Translations under genes and position numbers: made by a program
Shown here: piece after piece, positions 46,701 to 58,935 of the stretch
Layout of the letters: every line of letters begins with the position of its first letter
Position numbering within the stretch: the first letter of the stretch is position 1
Notes under the pieces: generated by a model
What the model was told of the DNA's origin: nothing
The model's input: the letters and a program-made list of their open reading frames with translations, nothing else
Databases searched by the model: none
DNA from: Convolutriloba macropyga
Lineage: Eukaryota
Assembly (NCBI RefSeq): GCF_964194025.1
Contig: NC_134479.1
Location: 33,604,001 to 33,668,000 of the forward strand
Direction: 5' to 3'
Length of the DNA: 64,000 nucleotides

Positions 46701-49112
46701 CTGTCTCGATGGATAGATAGATTGCTACCGTACAATTTCACGATTGAGCATATGCCAGGTGCAAAAATGGGACTCGTTGACTACATTTCCAGAAACCCTT
46801 TTGCAAGAGCTAAAAAGATATCTACATACGACGAGCACTTTGTTGTAGCAACAATTTCTAAAATCCGTGATTTAATGAAACATTTAATTACCAATAGACA
46901 AACTACAACTACAAAATTTAGAAACATATTAAAGTTGAATTTGCCTTCACCAAAAGTTACACAACCATTTGCATCGCGATTAACCATATCAAAAAGCAAT
47001 AATTCAACTAATTGTGATATAGCATCTGCATCGCAATTAACCAGTTCACCATTGAAACCTCCATTCGCACCGCAATTAACACATGCTAATTCAAAATTTA
47101 ATCCGTATTCTGTACATCCATTTGCGCCGCAAATGCCACCTAAATCTACAAAATTACAATTTGTACCAAATCACTGTAAAATAAATAATTCACATTCCAT
47201 TAACAAATTCACTGCAAAAGAGGTGCAAATCGTAGACAGCAAAGAATGTGAACAATCTGAACAATTATCCTTAATACAGCCTATTAATGGTAATAAGTCA
47301 ATTAATACACCTAACAACACTAAATTAAGCGCGAAAACACAAATCCCCAAGTATAAATACCACTCACCCAAAAACAACTCGCTTTTTGCCCAAATTCTGC
47401 CTAAGAAACACTACTTTGTGAATAAACTCAATAAACCTTTCATTTCAAATAATTCCGTAAATAGCCTCAGCACGATGTCAAAAGCTAAAGCAACCCGCTC
47501 GGAATCGACCCCTACTAAAGCAAGAGTAACGTTCTCCGACACAACACCTTCAACACCCGAATCAAATGCAACAACTCATACTGAAACCCCAACTGGTAGT
47601 ATGATAGACGAAGCTGAGGACATAATGTTCACCGAGACCCTAAATAAGGTGTTCAGTAGGAAATTTCTAGCAATACTGACTGGAAAAGACGCGATATTGA
47701 AAGAAGTAAGGGACTGTGTACTTCGAAATGATGCAGAACGACTACAAGAAATCAGTCCCTATCTCTTTTCATATTGGAGAGATCTTAGTGTGAAGCACGG
47801 GTGTGTCTGCCTAGACGAAAGGATTGCGATCCCAAAGTCCATTAAAGATGCGGTGTTGGAGGACATACACTCCACACACCCAGGCAGTTTCGCTATGCTT
47901 TCCTTGGCTCAAAATATCTGGTGGCCTTACATACACAGAGACATTCTGGCAAAGGCCAGTGAGTGCAAAGCTTGCACAGATATTGGTAAGAATCTAAAAT
48001 CAGTGATTTCGCACCGCAAATGGACACCTCTACCTAAATGTAGTGAACCAAATGACGAAATACAATTAGATTTCGGTGGCCCAATTTTAAATGAGAAAGG
48101 AACAGAACAATATTTCCTTACTAGTATAGATAGATACTCTAAATATCCCACAGCAGAAATAGTAAATAACGCATCAGGCTCAAATGTAATCAAATTCTTA
48201 AATAATTATATATATCATCATGGAGTGCCTAGAACTATTAGATTAGATCAAGCTAGATGTTTTACAGGAAAAAAGTTTGAAACATTTTGTACCGAAAACA
48301 ATATTACACCTATTTATGCACCTGCAAATGACCATAGAGCAATTGGATTAGTAGAACGTACCATTCAAACAATTAAACGACAATTAGCTTGCATGAAATC
48401 ACAATTAAATAAAAAATTTAATTTAGAAAATTCACTCAAAGCTATAATACAACGACTTCGTATATCAAAACAAAAAACAATCACAACCACACCCTTTGAG
48501 GCACATTTCGGTAGAAAATGTAACACACCTATATCAAATATTACAACTAAATCTGATAGTAAAAATCTCAACTATAATGCAATAATTAATTATTATTTAG
48601 ACGAGGATACCATCCGGGGCCGTTCCTACCTTACAAATGAACAGTGGGCGGATACAGCTCTTTGTTCCGATACGGAAATTGAGCGAGTCATTTGCGCCGC
48701 AAGTACCCGCGCAAGAACAGAACAAGACAAAAGGAAAGACGGGGAAGAGCGTTTTATAAAGCCAGATGTCATTCACCGTGCAATTCCCTGCTCTGAACGA
48801 AGCGTACAAGTGAAGTTGGCCCAAAAAATACATGAAGACCAGCGCCAAAAGAAAAACTTGGACGGTCTCTACGAAGTATTAGCACCTGGCAGTACAGTGT
48901 GCAAAATAAGCCCAACGACGAGTGTCATCAAAGAACCCTCCAAACCTGAAGTACGGGTCAGAAATTCTGACATCGCCAAATTTGGAACGCGGGCCGAACG
49001 GGAAACAACTTTAGCACAGTACATAGACAGACGCCCAAAGAAACTAAACGAAAAAACTCTCGAACAAAAAATTCAACAACATAAACGAGATCTTTTTCGA
49101 AAAAATACCTGA
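43788..49112 (+). CDS. Gypsy gag-pol polyprotein; the same frame continues past a TGA to 49658
   Basis: Two knuckles (CMDC...H...C, CHNCGIMGHFARKC), DSGS protease, FLDD RT, CDAS RNase H, HHCC + D-D-E integrase. Confidence 0.95.
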   Translation: MAQPASDSKKTPLHIEAFWEKPTATPSLTWIKWTQQWKLALLAKEGIQLDTLLSDPPTTVTYPPEPTYEAPVENHTQATERDRKVRNQQLKVNWQNRCAKIEEIGILCGDKPWGICEQKTISLLYLSIGTEGRRIFKSKYPHFQIEKQPFKDLWRAMEDSFTKVRNITYDRFVFYSCKQQKGESVESFYGLLIELAENCNLGSEETTLIRDAFILNMLDHETQKELLKETVDPPKALEIAIQMEMGAQNQQKINQNLMSGNTSVNYINNNSMRNRNANGPSTKRDFTRYASIPKNYQYTSICMDCGLRWSHNHKQICPANGKKCHNCGIMGHFARKCRKTKQPQLSIQKTQKSNVNQIDQTPEKSDDEESVNYITSYQQLYDQVYDSNYDSDSDDYVAAISSDSVHQLEPLNVEVQIGEIQTSAMIDSGSAVSIITQSLANKVLRSTNSAKWIKSTEKRNLKTFSNEPIKVIGHLETTVAYNQWQNKSAILTVVDDGHKNIIGRDLFTTLGLAVVQQQPETGKCVYNINNPTCKIKESIATQFPHLVSRIGLSKTHVAKSKFHQTFTAKHQKGRRVPINLQPRVSRELERLQSEGHIEKLSSCSNEHFISPIVITVKKDQSIKLALDSKVLNKAIHKNKYQMPNIEMLIDTISQHLTDTQNGQQAYFTTLDLKYAYSQLKLHHDTAKHCNFNIICGESTGTYRFKTGFYGLTDMPAEFQKAMDYTLIGLQNTYCFLDDIIIVSTGTEADHLAYVHKCLKKLDDDNLRINLQKCHFAKSEIEWLGYKFTQTGISPLESKTAAILTIPPPTTLKRLRSILGSVNYIGKFIPHLAQLCHPLRPLLKKSVKFIWTDEHPKHFNQIKEKIANSTENSHYNPKLDVRIKCDASRSGLGAALEQNTPDGWKPIAFTSRFLNSTEERYSVNELELLGIVWSIDYFKYYLYGKNFTVVTDHRALLSILKEHRSNKSYNSRLSRWIDRLLPYNFTIEHMPGAKMGLVDYISRNPFARAKKISTYDEHFVVATISKIRDLMKHLITNRQTTTTKFRNILKLNLPSPKVTQPFASRLTISKSNNSTNCDIASASQLTSSPLKPPFAPQLTHANSKFNPYSVHPFAPQMPPKSTKLQFVPNHCKINNSHSINKFTAKEVQIVDSKECEQSEQLSLIQPINGNKSINTPNNTKLSAKTQIPKYKYHSPKNNSLFAQILPKKHYFVNKLNKPFISNNSVNSLSTMSKAKATRSESTPTKARVTFSDTTPSTPESNATTHTETPTGSMIDEAEDIMFTETLNKVFSRKFLAILTGKDAILKEVRDCVLRNDAERLQEISPYLFSYWRDLSVKHGCVCLDERIAIPKSIKDAVLEDIHSTHPGSFAMLSLAQNIWWPYIHRDILAKASECKACTDIGKNLKSVISHRKWTPLPKCSEPNDEIQLDFGGPILNEKGTEQYFLTSIDRYSKYPTAEIVNNASGSNVIKFLNNYIYHHGVPRTIRLDQARCFTGKKFETFCTENNITPIYAPANDHRAIGLVERTIQTIKRQLACMKSQLNKKFNLENSLKAIIQRLRISKQKTITTTPFEAHFGRKCNTPISNITTKSDSKNLNYNAIINYYLDEDTIRGRSYLTNEQWADTALCSDTEIERVICAASTRARTEQDKRKDGEERFIKPDVIHRAIPCSERSVQVKLAQKIHEDQRQKKNLDGLYEVLAPGSTVCKISPTTSVIKEPSKPEVRVRNSDIAKFGTRAERETTLAQYIDRRPKKLNEKTLEQKIQQHKRDLFRKNT

Positions 49113-49790
49113 GAGAAAAAGATAAAGCGAAACAGAAAAAACACAGACGATGTAAGTGTCATTTCGTCGGCACGATCTTGTATATCTACAACTAGCAATG
49201 TCGCAAGATCATTGAAAATGAGAGTACCAAAAAGAAACCCGAAATACGATGAGGCATTCAAAAATCGACCCGACCTTACACAAATATTAAATTTCAGTCC
49301 AATCGCGCCGCAAGTGGTATCATCTGATATAGCAGGGCCATCTGGAACACAAACAACCTCCTCGACTCAAAAACAACCTACACCCATCTTGCGAAAGACT
49401 TCGAAACGCAAAATCACGGTCAGCGATACATCCGATTCGGATACGTCTTCTATTAGAAAAAGCAAAAGGACACTGAAGAAAAAATCCCAAAAATCGCAAA
49501 CAATTGTCGAAAAAGTTCGTAACACAGAAGGTTACACTGATTACCAAGACACTGGCATTGCGGGAGGATCAAATCAAGGAGATGAGTACTCGCAAAACCA
49601 ACCAAGGGAGATGACAGTTCTCCAGGCCGAAAATGCTGAAAATAGCGACAGCGAGTGATCTTCGATAAAGAAACTTTCATAAACTTCTATTCTATCTATT
49701 ATTTAATATTTTATTACTTACTAACCGGTGAATATTTATTAATTTTCTGATTTTAATCTAGTAAATTAATTTTTCCCCAAGAGGGGGAAA

Positions 49791-50283
49791 TGTCATACGG
49801 CAATGGATACCCTTCATGTATCCATATCCGTATTTTAAACTAATTTATTGTTGTATGTTCCTTTTGAAGGGCGAATGCCATTTTTAGTTCAGTGCTATAT
49901 ACTCCCTCCCATTTTTAGTAGTTAAGTCTGTTCACCCCGTCTGTACCGGATATATACTCATTCACGTTGTAAACAAATCAAACTTTGCTTCCTTTCTGTA
50001 TGATTAAAACCTGAACAAACTTTCTTTCATAATCTGTATTATCATTAATTTTCATTCCCCAATTTGTAGCGCTAACGTTCAGTTCAATTTAATCCTTGCA
50101 AAATACCTCTCGTTTTAACTGAGTAGTTCAGTTAGAGTCAATCGCACCGCGATTGCCAAATTTAGAAAGGCTTTAGTTGAAAGTAACAACTAAATCATCC
50201 ATTCGCGACGCGAGTGCCTATCTCAGTACTTGCAAGGCCATTTGCGATTCAATTGACTATACTCCTTGTGTAAGATTATAACA
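49791..50283 (+). repeat. Gypsy 3' LTR
   Basis: Near-identical to 43296-43788. Confidence 0.95.
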
Positions 50284-53200
50284 ACATTCAAGCATATTTT
50301 AAAGACCTTTATGTCTCTCCAATTAAATGAATAAATCTTTTCATCCAGAAGACAATAATTTATAAAAAAAAATGCGCAATGATAGCGCCCATAGGTTTCC
50401 AAAATTCAGCAAAATAACAGTACCAGCATGATTTGACAGTTTTTGATAAATTGTCTCCAGGTATTTAATGTAGGCGATAAATACTTCTTGGCTTAACTAA
50501 TTTATATTTTTAGCAACATGAGAAGACAGCTCTCTGAAAAGATTAGTTTTCTTCATCAGACTGGTCTTTTTCACAAATCGAACTAACACAGGCGAAAGTT
50601 AATTCTCAAAATTTTTCGCGAGGATTGGTTTTATCTTGCCACACAGGCGCAAAAGGTAGGGAAAAGCAATATACAATATGAGATTTCGTTTTTCGCAAAT
50701 ACCCTGGTATTCTCTATGGCTCGGTAAATACTAATTGGTATCCATGATTTTAGTTGAGTAAACCAACTGATTCTAACAAAGTATAGCAGGGCATTTACGT
50801 TTCGAGCACAGCGTGCTTTTACAAATAACAGTGGGGCGTATTTTTGTCATTTTGGATCAACTGAGATGATTCATACGACAAGGCTCTGATTAAAACCAAA
50901 TTCTTTCGTAACGGTTCAAAATATAAAGCAGTAGTTTTATTTGGATTAATAATAAATATCTAATAGGTTTTCAGAATCTAAGGACCTGGTATTAATTCAA
51001 AACAAACAGCTCACAGAGATCTAACAGGTTATCAGTTTTCTTTAAAGAAGCCTAGTCAGTTGATGTGTTGTAGCATTTACTTAGAGCTGTCAGGAATTTC
51101 GCCTCTCGGCAAGCAGTCAAACTTCTCAGGTGTTTGCCGCTCACCGAATTCGGCGCATTCCAAATTGGGGTTGCTGTCCGGTCAAAACAAAAAAGGCTGA
51201 TATGATTTTCGCTCAATGTAATGATGAATACGCAAAAAAGTCTGTTTTTTGCAAGATCATAAAAGCTTACCTGGCCGAGCCGTTCGAGCTGGGGTTGAAT
51301 ATTTTTGGTGGCTGCACTATCAAGTCTGTCTGTTTGAAGTGGGGACTGTCTTCAGGGAACAAGCCCCTCAGCTTGCCCCCTGAACAAAAAAAATGTTTTT
51401 ACTTCAATTTCTGCCCCAAAAATATCACTATGTTGTAAGTTTCACCCAAGAAGCACGTTTTTGGCATCAAAAATAGTTTTTTCGAATGGTCAAATTATCG
51501 AGAAATTAGGTCAAAAATTCAAAAATTTATTTTCAAATATATCAAAAATTTTACTTTTTGCATTTTTTATCACTCTCGTGAAATACTAGCTACTTGGATG
51601 ACTGATTCGATATTACAGAACATAAATGGCTCAATTAGAATGGAATCAAACTCTTTGACCTCAACTGCCAAAAAATGTTAATAAAAATGCCGTTTAGAGT
51701 GCTGCTACATCAAAATTGCACCTCTGTGATCCCCACTATTTTTCAACGGCAGACAACTTGCATCATAGAGGTCATAGGTCAAAAGTCAACCATTTCCGAG
51801 AAAAAGTCAAATATCACGAAAAAATGACAAAAATCACTTTTTGGAAAATTTTGACTTCTGTGACTTCTGACTTCTATGCGCGCTATAACACTCCTACCTG
51901 TGCCTGATCAAACTGCACTATGAAAAATTGAAAAATTTTCAAAAAAATTACGAGCGGGGATAACTTTTTTCCAAAAATCGGTTTTTCACCCCCCAACCGT
52001 CAATATCTCTCCTCACAAGCATATTTGGGAGATGTGAGCTAAAGGATTTATCATTTTCAGTCTCATGCACAGTCTCATCAAAATTTACCGAAGGGGTTCC
52101 AAGATTGTTAATGTGTTTGCACCCTGGATCCTCTGTTAAAGGAATACTATCTGGCAGAGTATACCGGTTCTAGAGTATACCGGATTTTCTTACATACAGT
52201 AGTAGATTTCAAATTTGCAAGTTCCAGTTTTAAGCAAAAAATTTTCTTGACTCCTGCTAAATTACACCAAAATTCAAGATTGACACTAAAAACAATATTT
52301 TTCTCGATCGATGCCAAATTTTTCAATAATTTCAGCCGCACTCTACACATTTAATTACACGCCTATATCATGAGCGCTGATGGTGAACAAAAGCGCTTTA
52401 ACTACAACCAATCAAAAAAAATATAAAAAGACAAGAACGTATAAAACAGGCCATAATGGCATTAGACTTTTTAATAATGACATCAGTAGTGCGGGAAAGC
52501 CAACAACCAGTATCTCGTTGACAGTTTCTGAAATAGGAGATTTTTGATGAAGTAACTGAGAAAGTCTGGCATTAATCGAGAACTGCGAAGCGGTTCGAGG
52601 TATTCGCCGGAGTTTTGAAATGACTTTAGCAGAGTCGCGCAACCATTTTGAAACACGCATTGTGCAAGTTCAGTCAAAAGTATTTTACTTGCCAAAATGG
52701 TTACAATTTTTGATAGCAAACGAGATCTTTTCATTTTTTGCCCCCCCCCCTCAAGTTAGTGGGCGCATATTGTTTGCACCCCCAGGCGCACGTGCCATAT
52801 TCTTACTTGATGATTTACTATTTAATGGCACTTGCTCTGTAGCTGGGGGGTGCATACGGAAAAGATCCACAAAAAGAATATAACTTTCAAGATCTATACC
52901 CCATCTAATTAGTGCTTAGAATTACACCAACATACAGTAATTGCACTCTCGTGCCAGCACACTGATCACCATTTCTGAGTTTAAGTCTTAGTTGCTTTGG
53001 GGAACCGAAAAATCCTATTTTTGCATAATTAATTTTGCAGAATATAAGCCCTTTTCTTTTCCTGGTGCAACTTTTATGATGAATCATTAGTGACTTTTGA
53101 ATTTTTTGGGATCTTTTCCGTTTGTGTCCTCCAAGCATAGTAGGTGTATATCATTTGTAAACCCCAGACGCATGGGCCATATTTTCAAATAAAGATTTGC

Positions 53201-55766
53201 CATATAATAGCACATGATCTGTAACTGGGCGAGCACAACGTACTTGAGGGGGGGCAGAAACGGAAGAGATCCCATTTCTGCTAGACGTATATAATTTGCA
53301 TTTGATCAATTTGTCTTTGTCTCTTTTTTGAAATTAATTAAAAAGTGTTAATTTTCCTCAAATAAAAATGGCAGACGAGCATACAACATTGGCAAAAACG
53401 ATTTGTAAAAATCTTCAACGGTTGGAAAAGCTCTGGAGAAGATTTATTGAAGCGAAAAAAGAATCAGATCCTAAATTCTATGGAACTTCGATCGACGGTT
53501 CTTTTCCGTTTGTCCCATCAATGCGTTATGCACCCCCAGTTACAGAGCGCGTACCATTACATAGTAAATCCTTATATTAATATATAGCATGCGCGTCTGG
53601 GGGTGCAAATATTATGCTTCCACTATGATCGGGCGCACAAACGGAAAAAATCCTGATCAACATGTGCTAATTTAGTGCTGCTCTTTGTAACAACTGTACA
53701 TTCAATTTCAAATGAAAGGCACGTTTTTACGTGTTTGAGTACTTCAAGATCTGGCACTGTATATCGGAAGATCTGGAATTCTAAAATCTGAATTTGTTAA
53801 GATCTGCCAGTCTCGAACTGGCACGTGTGTGATTCAAGTTATCATGAATTTTTTTCTAAATTGATTGCAATTGTATTCTTAGATTGTTTCTTAAAAAACC
53901 ATATGCAATTAGTTAATTTCATGGTATAGTACAGCTGATAGTTGAGGAATGGTTTTTCGCAATCTAAATTAAATCAAACCAAAGGCTATTGAAATCGGTT
54001 CTTAAATTGATTCGAATAATTTTCTGTTCATACTGTTGATCTTTGTGCAGTAAAAAACAATTCAGCTTAGCTTGTTCTTAGTTACATAATCAGAGTATAA
54101 CTATTATCCACAATTTTATATTTGACGATGATCAACATAGTTAAAAGTTAGAATGACTACAGCAGCATTCGTTTTATAATATTAGAATTTCAGCTTGCAG
54201 CTCATTTCGTTAAATCCTTACTTATGTTTCATGAACATAATTGAGATAATTATTGTAGTGTCATATTGCAATTTTTTTTATAATCTAGTAGGCAACGCCA
54301 TGGGTGAAGATAAGCGCGGGCACAACTGCCCACATCTAGATTCGATCCGATGTGTTTATAGATTGAGAGCTATAGGACGGGCAAATTGACATTTCTAATT
54401 GCCAGTAAAAATTAGAATACTTTGATTTGAAGTAGCTGAAATATTTATAAAAACTGAATTTAAATTAATTAAAAGTTTCTGATCATAATATAGAGACTGG
54501 AACTGTTTCAGTTCAATTTTTAGTTTTCAAGTAAAAAAAAAATTTTGAGACAATGCATCGTCATAGTTTCTCGAAAAGTACTTTTCAAATGTTGGGTGTG
54601 ATATTTCACTGATTTTGGAGTTATTATTTCTATAATGTTTGGCTGATATTTCTGCACATTTCGGAATGGAATTTTTAAATTGTGCGGCTGCTACAAATAT
54701 TTTTTAGCAAATTGAAACACTCAATCAATTCAGTGGCCGTATCTAAAGGATTTGTTTATTGTTTTGCTAGGCGTTCGTTCTATCGCATTTCACACTCAGA
54801 GACCAACAACATGCGGTCTTTTTGCTCTCTAATTTGTTGAACACACTTGTAAGGTTTTTTAAATTGAAATTTGTGCAGCGGTGGTGCGAAGTACAAATGC
54901 AATCCAGCCTTGTTTCGTTTTTGTGAGAGTAATAGAAAGAGTGTTAAGAAAGCTGAGTATCTGAAATGTTTTGCAAATTATTCATAACATCCTTAATGTA
55001 AGTACAGCAATTTTAGCATATGACAATTTTTTGAAACTCTAACCTAAATTTTGACCTATTAACTAAAATAAGTGGAATTCTTACAGCTATTAATCTGAAA
55101 AACAAGAAGTTTGCATGTGAATCCATCATCAACAAAACATTGGACCGAATCTAATAAAATTTGTATCAGAGAATCTTGCAGGCCGACGCAGGAAGTTCAA
55201 TCGTCCGGTAGAAAATTTGCATTGAAAGATCTTGCAGAACAATTTCGTCTAGCCTGGGGGTATAAAAATACAACACTTCCACATTTCAGTTTTCAATATG
55301 TTGATGAACGTTTACAATTCATAAATCTCAAAAGTATCAAATTATTGCAATGACAGATCATGTTAAACCAAGGATTTTCACATTGGGCGTAAAAAGTTTT
55401 CCAAGCCCCAATCATATGCCAATGAATTGAGGGTAAGGAACTTATCAAATTTTTCTGGGGAGGCCAGTTTCGGCCAATCAATATCTGTTGCGGAAAAATT
55501 GCAACACTTAACTTAAGATGTTGAAAAAAAAATCTTCATATTCGAATCCATTATTGAGGAGATAGCTATTTCCAAGCTATTTCCACAAAAAAAACGGAAC
55601 AAAAACTTTCGAAAACGTTTCGTCTTTAGAGAGTTTTGACGTTTGCAAACACGCTCTTGAGTATTGAGATCAGTTAAAAAAATTTTAACAAAGAACTTTC
55701 TCAAAGTTTCATATATATAAACGTTCAATTTTCACATTTAGATGTATTTATCTATTTAGAAATGTA

Positions 55767-55769
<3 letters not shown>

Positions 55770-55828
<59 letters not shown>
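55770..55828. repeat. (TA)n microsatellite
   Basis: Pure TA run. Confidence 0.95.
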
Positions 55829-55831
<3 letters not shown>

Positions 55832-56902
55832 ATATTTAAATAATTTATTTATAAGTGAGAAGTGAGTGAAAACGCATAAAAATTTTATCGAAAAGACAAG
55901 GATTCACTTCGAAGTGTAAAAAGAGAAGGGTTTGTTTTTTTTGAAAAATAGTTTCTGAAAGATGTTCATGTTGATTGATAATTTTTAAGGAAAATTGACG
56001 AAATTAATTCAACTATTCAACAATTTAACACTTTAAAAATGTCAATTTAACACTTTAACAATTTAAAAATGTTTCCATATTGAATTTGCCAAAAAGAACT
56101 TTTTTCTGAGTACGGCCCTTGAATATAACAGATTTTCGAGGCACGCATAATGTCGAGAGAACAATTTTTGTCTTTCTTATCAGCTAACACTTAATTGCTA
56201 CGCTTGCTCCATCACTGTCATTCTTTTGAAAACACTAATCTTTGAAAAACCAATACTGTCTATTTTTTACTGTCATTACTGTCATTCTTTGAAAAACAAT
56301 TACTTATTACTTTCATTCTTTGCAAACTAAATTAATTTTCCCCAATTTGCACCTCATTTGTTTGTTATGTATAGTTTTATGTCTCAGCAAAAACCTTGAA
56401 TTTTAGAATTTTACTCACAAAAGGAAATCAAAATTTAGTAAACTTTTTAAGTGATCATCATTAGTGCTGGTTGTTAGAAAATAATGGTTTGCGATTGGTT
56501 TCTTCACATTTTCATCTTATAACGGTCGCAAGTTCCATCAAAACAGTTTAGATTTTACTTCTCTAACTATAGTTATTAAGAAATTGCTTCGAATGTTTTA
56601 AAAAATTACTTTTTTACGATTTTGGCCGCTTCTTCATTTTCATTTTTTTTTTGCCATGGCAACAATATGGGCCTCAAGAAAATAATAGATGAAACTATTA
56701 CAATTATCATATGATAACAATTCTAAAACATGATATAGACTGTAAATAGTTTTGATTACTGATTAAACTGTTGTTTTTGGTAGTCTGTATTTTTACTTTA
56801 TCTCAAAAAAAATAGATTAAAACAAATTCTTTAATCCTATGTAATGAGTGTTGTCTAAAGGTCAATCAACCGGGAGATTGGTGACATAGCAAATCAGCGC
56901 TT

Positions 56903-57325
56903 AATCAGTCTAAAGACATTCTGTTTTATAAGACGGCCAGAACAGTTTATGTCGCCATTTACACTGGCCAGTCTAGATTTTTGTGTTAATATTACTTGAT
57001 GAAAATCATTGTGTCCAGCTTAACTCCCGCCAACAAAGTATGCCTTATATGTGACTCGTACTCCAGCGTTGGTAGTTGTAAGATTTAAATTGCGTATCAA
57101 GACGTAACCACTAAGCTAGATGGGCTTTGTGGTAATTGCCTACAAACTAGTTTATGTATAAATAGTGTGTATATTACTAAAATAATTACCAGTTATAAGC
57201 TGCAAATGTAATATTATTTGTATGATATTATTCTACTCACAATTAACTTTGGGGTATGAGTAATTGATTATACAGGATAAATTTTGAGAACTCCATGAAC
57301 TGAATACAACAAGAATGAAGAAAAC
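56903..57325 (+). repeat. Diverged ~400-bp direct repeat, copy 1 (copy 2 at ~58512-58935)
   Basis: Shared blocks TCAGTCTAAAG, TTTACACTGGCCAGT, GTCCAGCTTAACT, GGGCTTTGTGGTAATTGCCTACA, ACCAGTTATAAGCTGCAAATGTA. Confidence 0.8.
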
Positions 57326-58511
57326 GTCACAAAAGAAACATAGAATAATTGCAAGATGCAGGATTTAGACGTTTTTCTTGTAAAAGGCTTGCTTTATCTT
57401 GCAAGATAGCCGTTGGCAATAGACTAGGGCATTTAAAAAAGTTTGTCGAAACTGTTAAAAAATTGATGTGATATTTGGAAATTTGTGGTTCTATATCCCA
57501 ATACGATTTTACACCAACTTTTAATAATTGATATGAGTAAATCAGAACTTCGGTGCGTCATAGTTCAATTCTTACGTGAGTCTCTCAAAGTTCATCAACT
57601 AGGGATAGTAAAAACAAATTTCTAAACGTTAATTTTGTGAACAGAGAGTTGGTAGAATACCGTTTATGTTAAGTTGAAACGAAAATTGCGAAGAGAAGAC
57701 CAGCTGATGCGGTTTGGTTTTCCCCCGAAAAAAAGCTGAAGCTAGCTCATGTGCTATTCACACAAACAACGTTTTTATGAGAATGAACACATTTTCAATT
57801 TATTAATGCGCATTCAATATGTTTCGAGACTGAAAAATTGACCGAAAATCCTTAAATACTACTTTTTATAATGTTTTTACTGGAATGAGTTGTTCGTAGC
57901 TTTTTTTCTAAAACATTTTTCATAAATGTGCAATATTGAACTCAGAATTGACAACCTTTCTCACCGGAAAAAAATTGAGGCTTAAAAAAATTGCAAAGTC
58001 TAATGATACGCACGATCAACTATTTGTGTCGTTTTTAAAAGTATAATTCAGCGTGATAATTAATTGCCGTTGGAATCAGACTAAGAAATTATTTATCAGT
58101 TTTCGGTAATGACAATATTTGTCTACACTAACGAAATTCAAAAACGAATAAGCCCATTTTATCTTAATTCTGTTAAATCTGGACCTCGCAACTGAAATCG
58201 TTAACACTCTCAAATTCATGGTAATGATTTTATAACCATTCAATGAAAATTTTTAAAACTACGCCGGAACAACTCCAATAGTTTTGTTATAGTATCTTGC
58301 GAGCTTCTTGCAAATAAAATTTATATTTAAAAAATTTGCGATATTTTTGTGAATGACTTTTCTCTTGCAAGATGTAAGATCCAGACGTTCATCTGGCAGG
58401 AATCTTGCAAGATCTTGCAAGATTACCGCTTAAAAAACCATCTGAACACTCATTTTGAAAAGTGTTTTTTGAATGCGTTCCCGGAGTTCGTGACGGAGAA
58501 AATTAGGGCTG

Positions 58512-58935
58512 AATCAGTCTAAAGTTTTTCTGTTTTTAAGGATGGTCAGTACCCTGTTTGTGTCACAATTTACACTGGCCAGTATTGATTTTTGCGTAAA
58601 AACTTTTGCATGAAAATCATTATGTCCAGCTTAACTTCCGCCAACAAATTTTGCATTATATGTCACTTGAACTCCCGCATGAGTACTTGTAACATTCAAA
58701 ATGCGTATCAAGACGAAACCGCTAATCTAAATGGGCTTTGTGGTAATTGCCTACACACTAGTTTGTGTATAAATATTGTGTATACCACTATAGTAATTAC
58801 CAGTTATAAGCTGCAAATGTATGACATTATTCTGCTCAGACTTAACTTTGGTTTATGATTAATTTTCAGATTATACAGGATAATTTTAGCCTGGGGAACT
58901 CTTTGACCTCAATATAATCATAATGAAGGATAACT
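58512..58935 (+). repeat. Diverged ~400-bp direct repeat, copy 2
   Basis: See copy 1. Confidence 0.8.

Larger units (their letters stand above)
43296..50283 (+). mobile_element. Full-length Gypsy (Mag-like) LTR retrotransposon
   Basis: 493-bp TG...CA LTRs differing at ~3 sites; TSD ACATT (43291-43295 / 50284-50288); PBS TGGCGCAGC at 43789; PPT AAGAGGGGGAAA at 49779-49790. Confidence 0.97.

Noticed and set aside
49212-49658. env gene of the Gypsy element
   Set aside because: No signal peptide or TM helix; same frame as pol
7190-49680. Short antisense or alternative-frame ORFs inside element genes
   Set aside because: Shadows of the real coding frames, with no independent motifs
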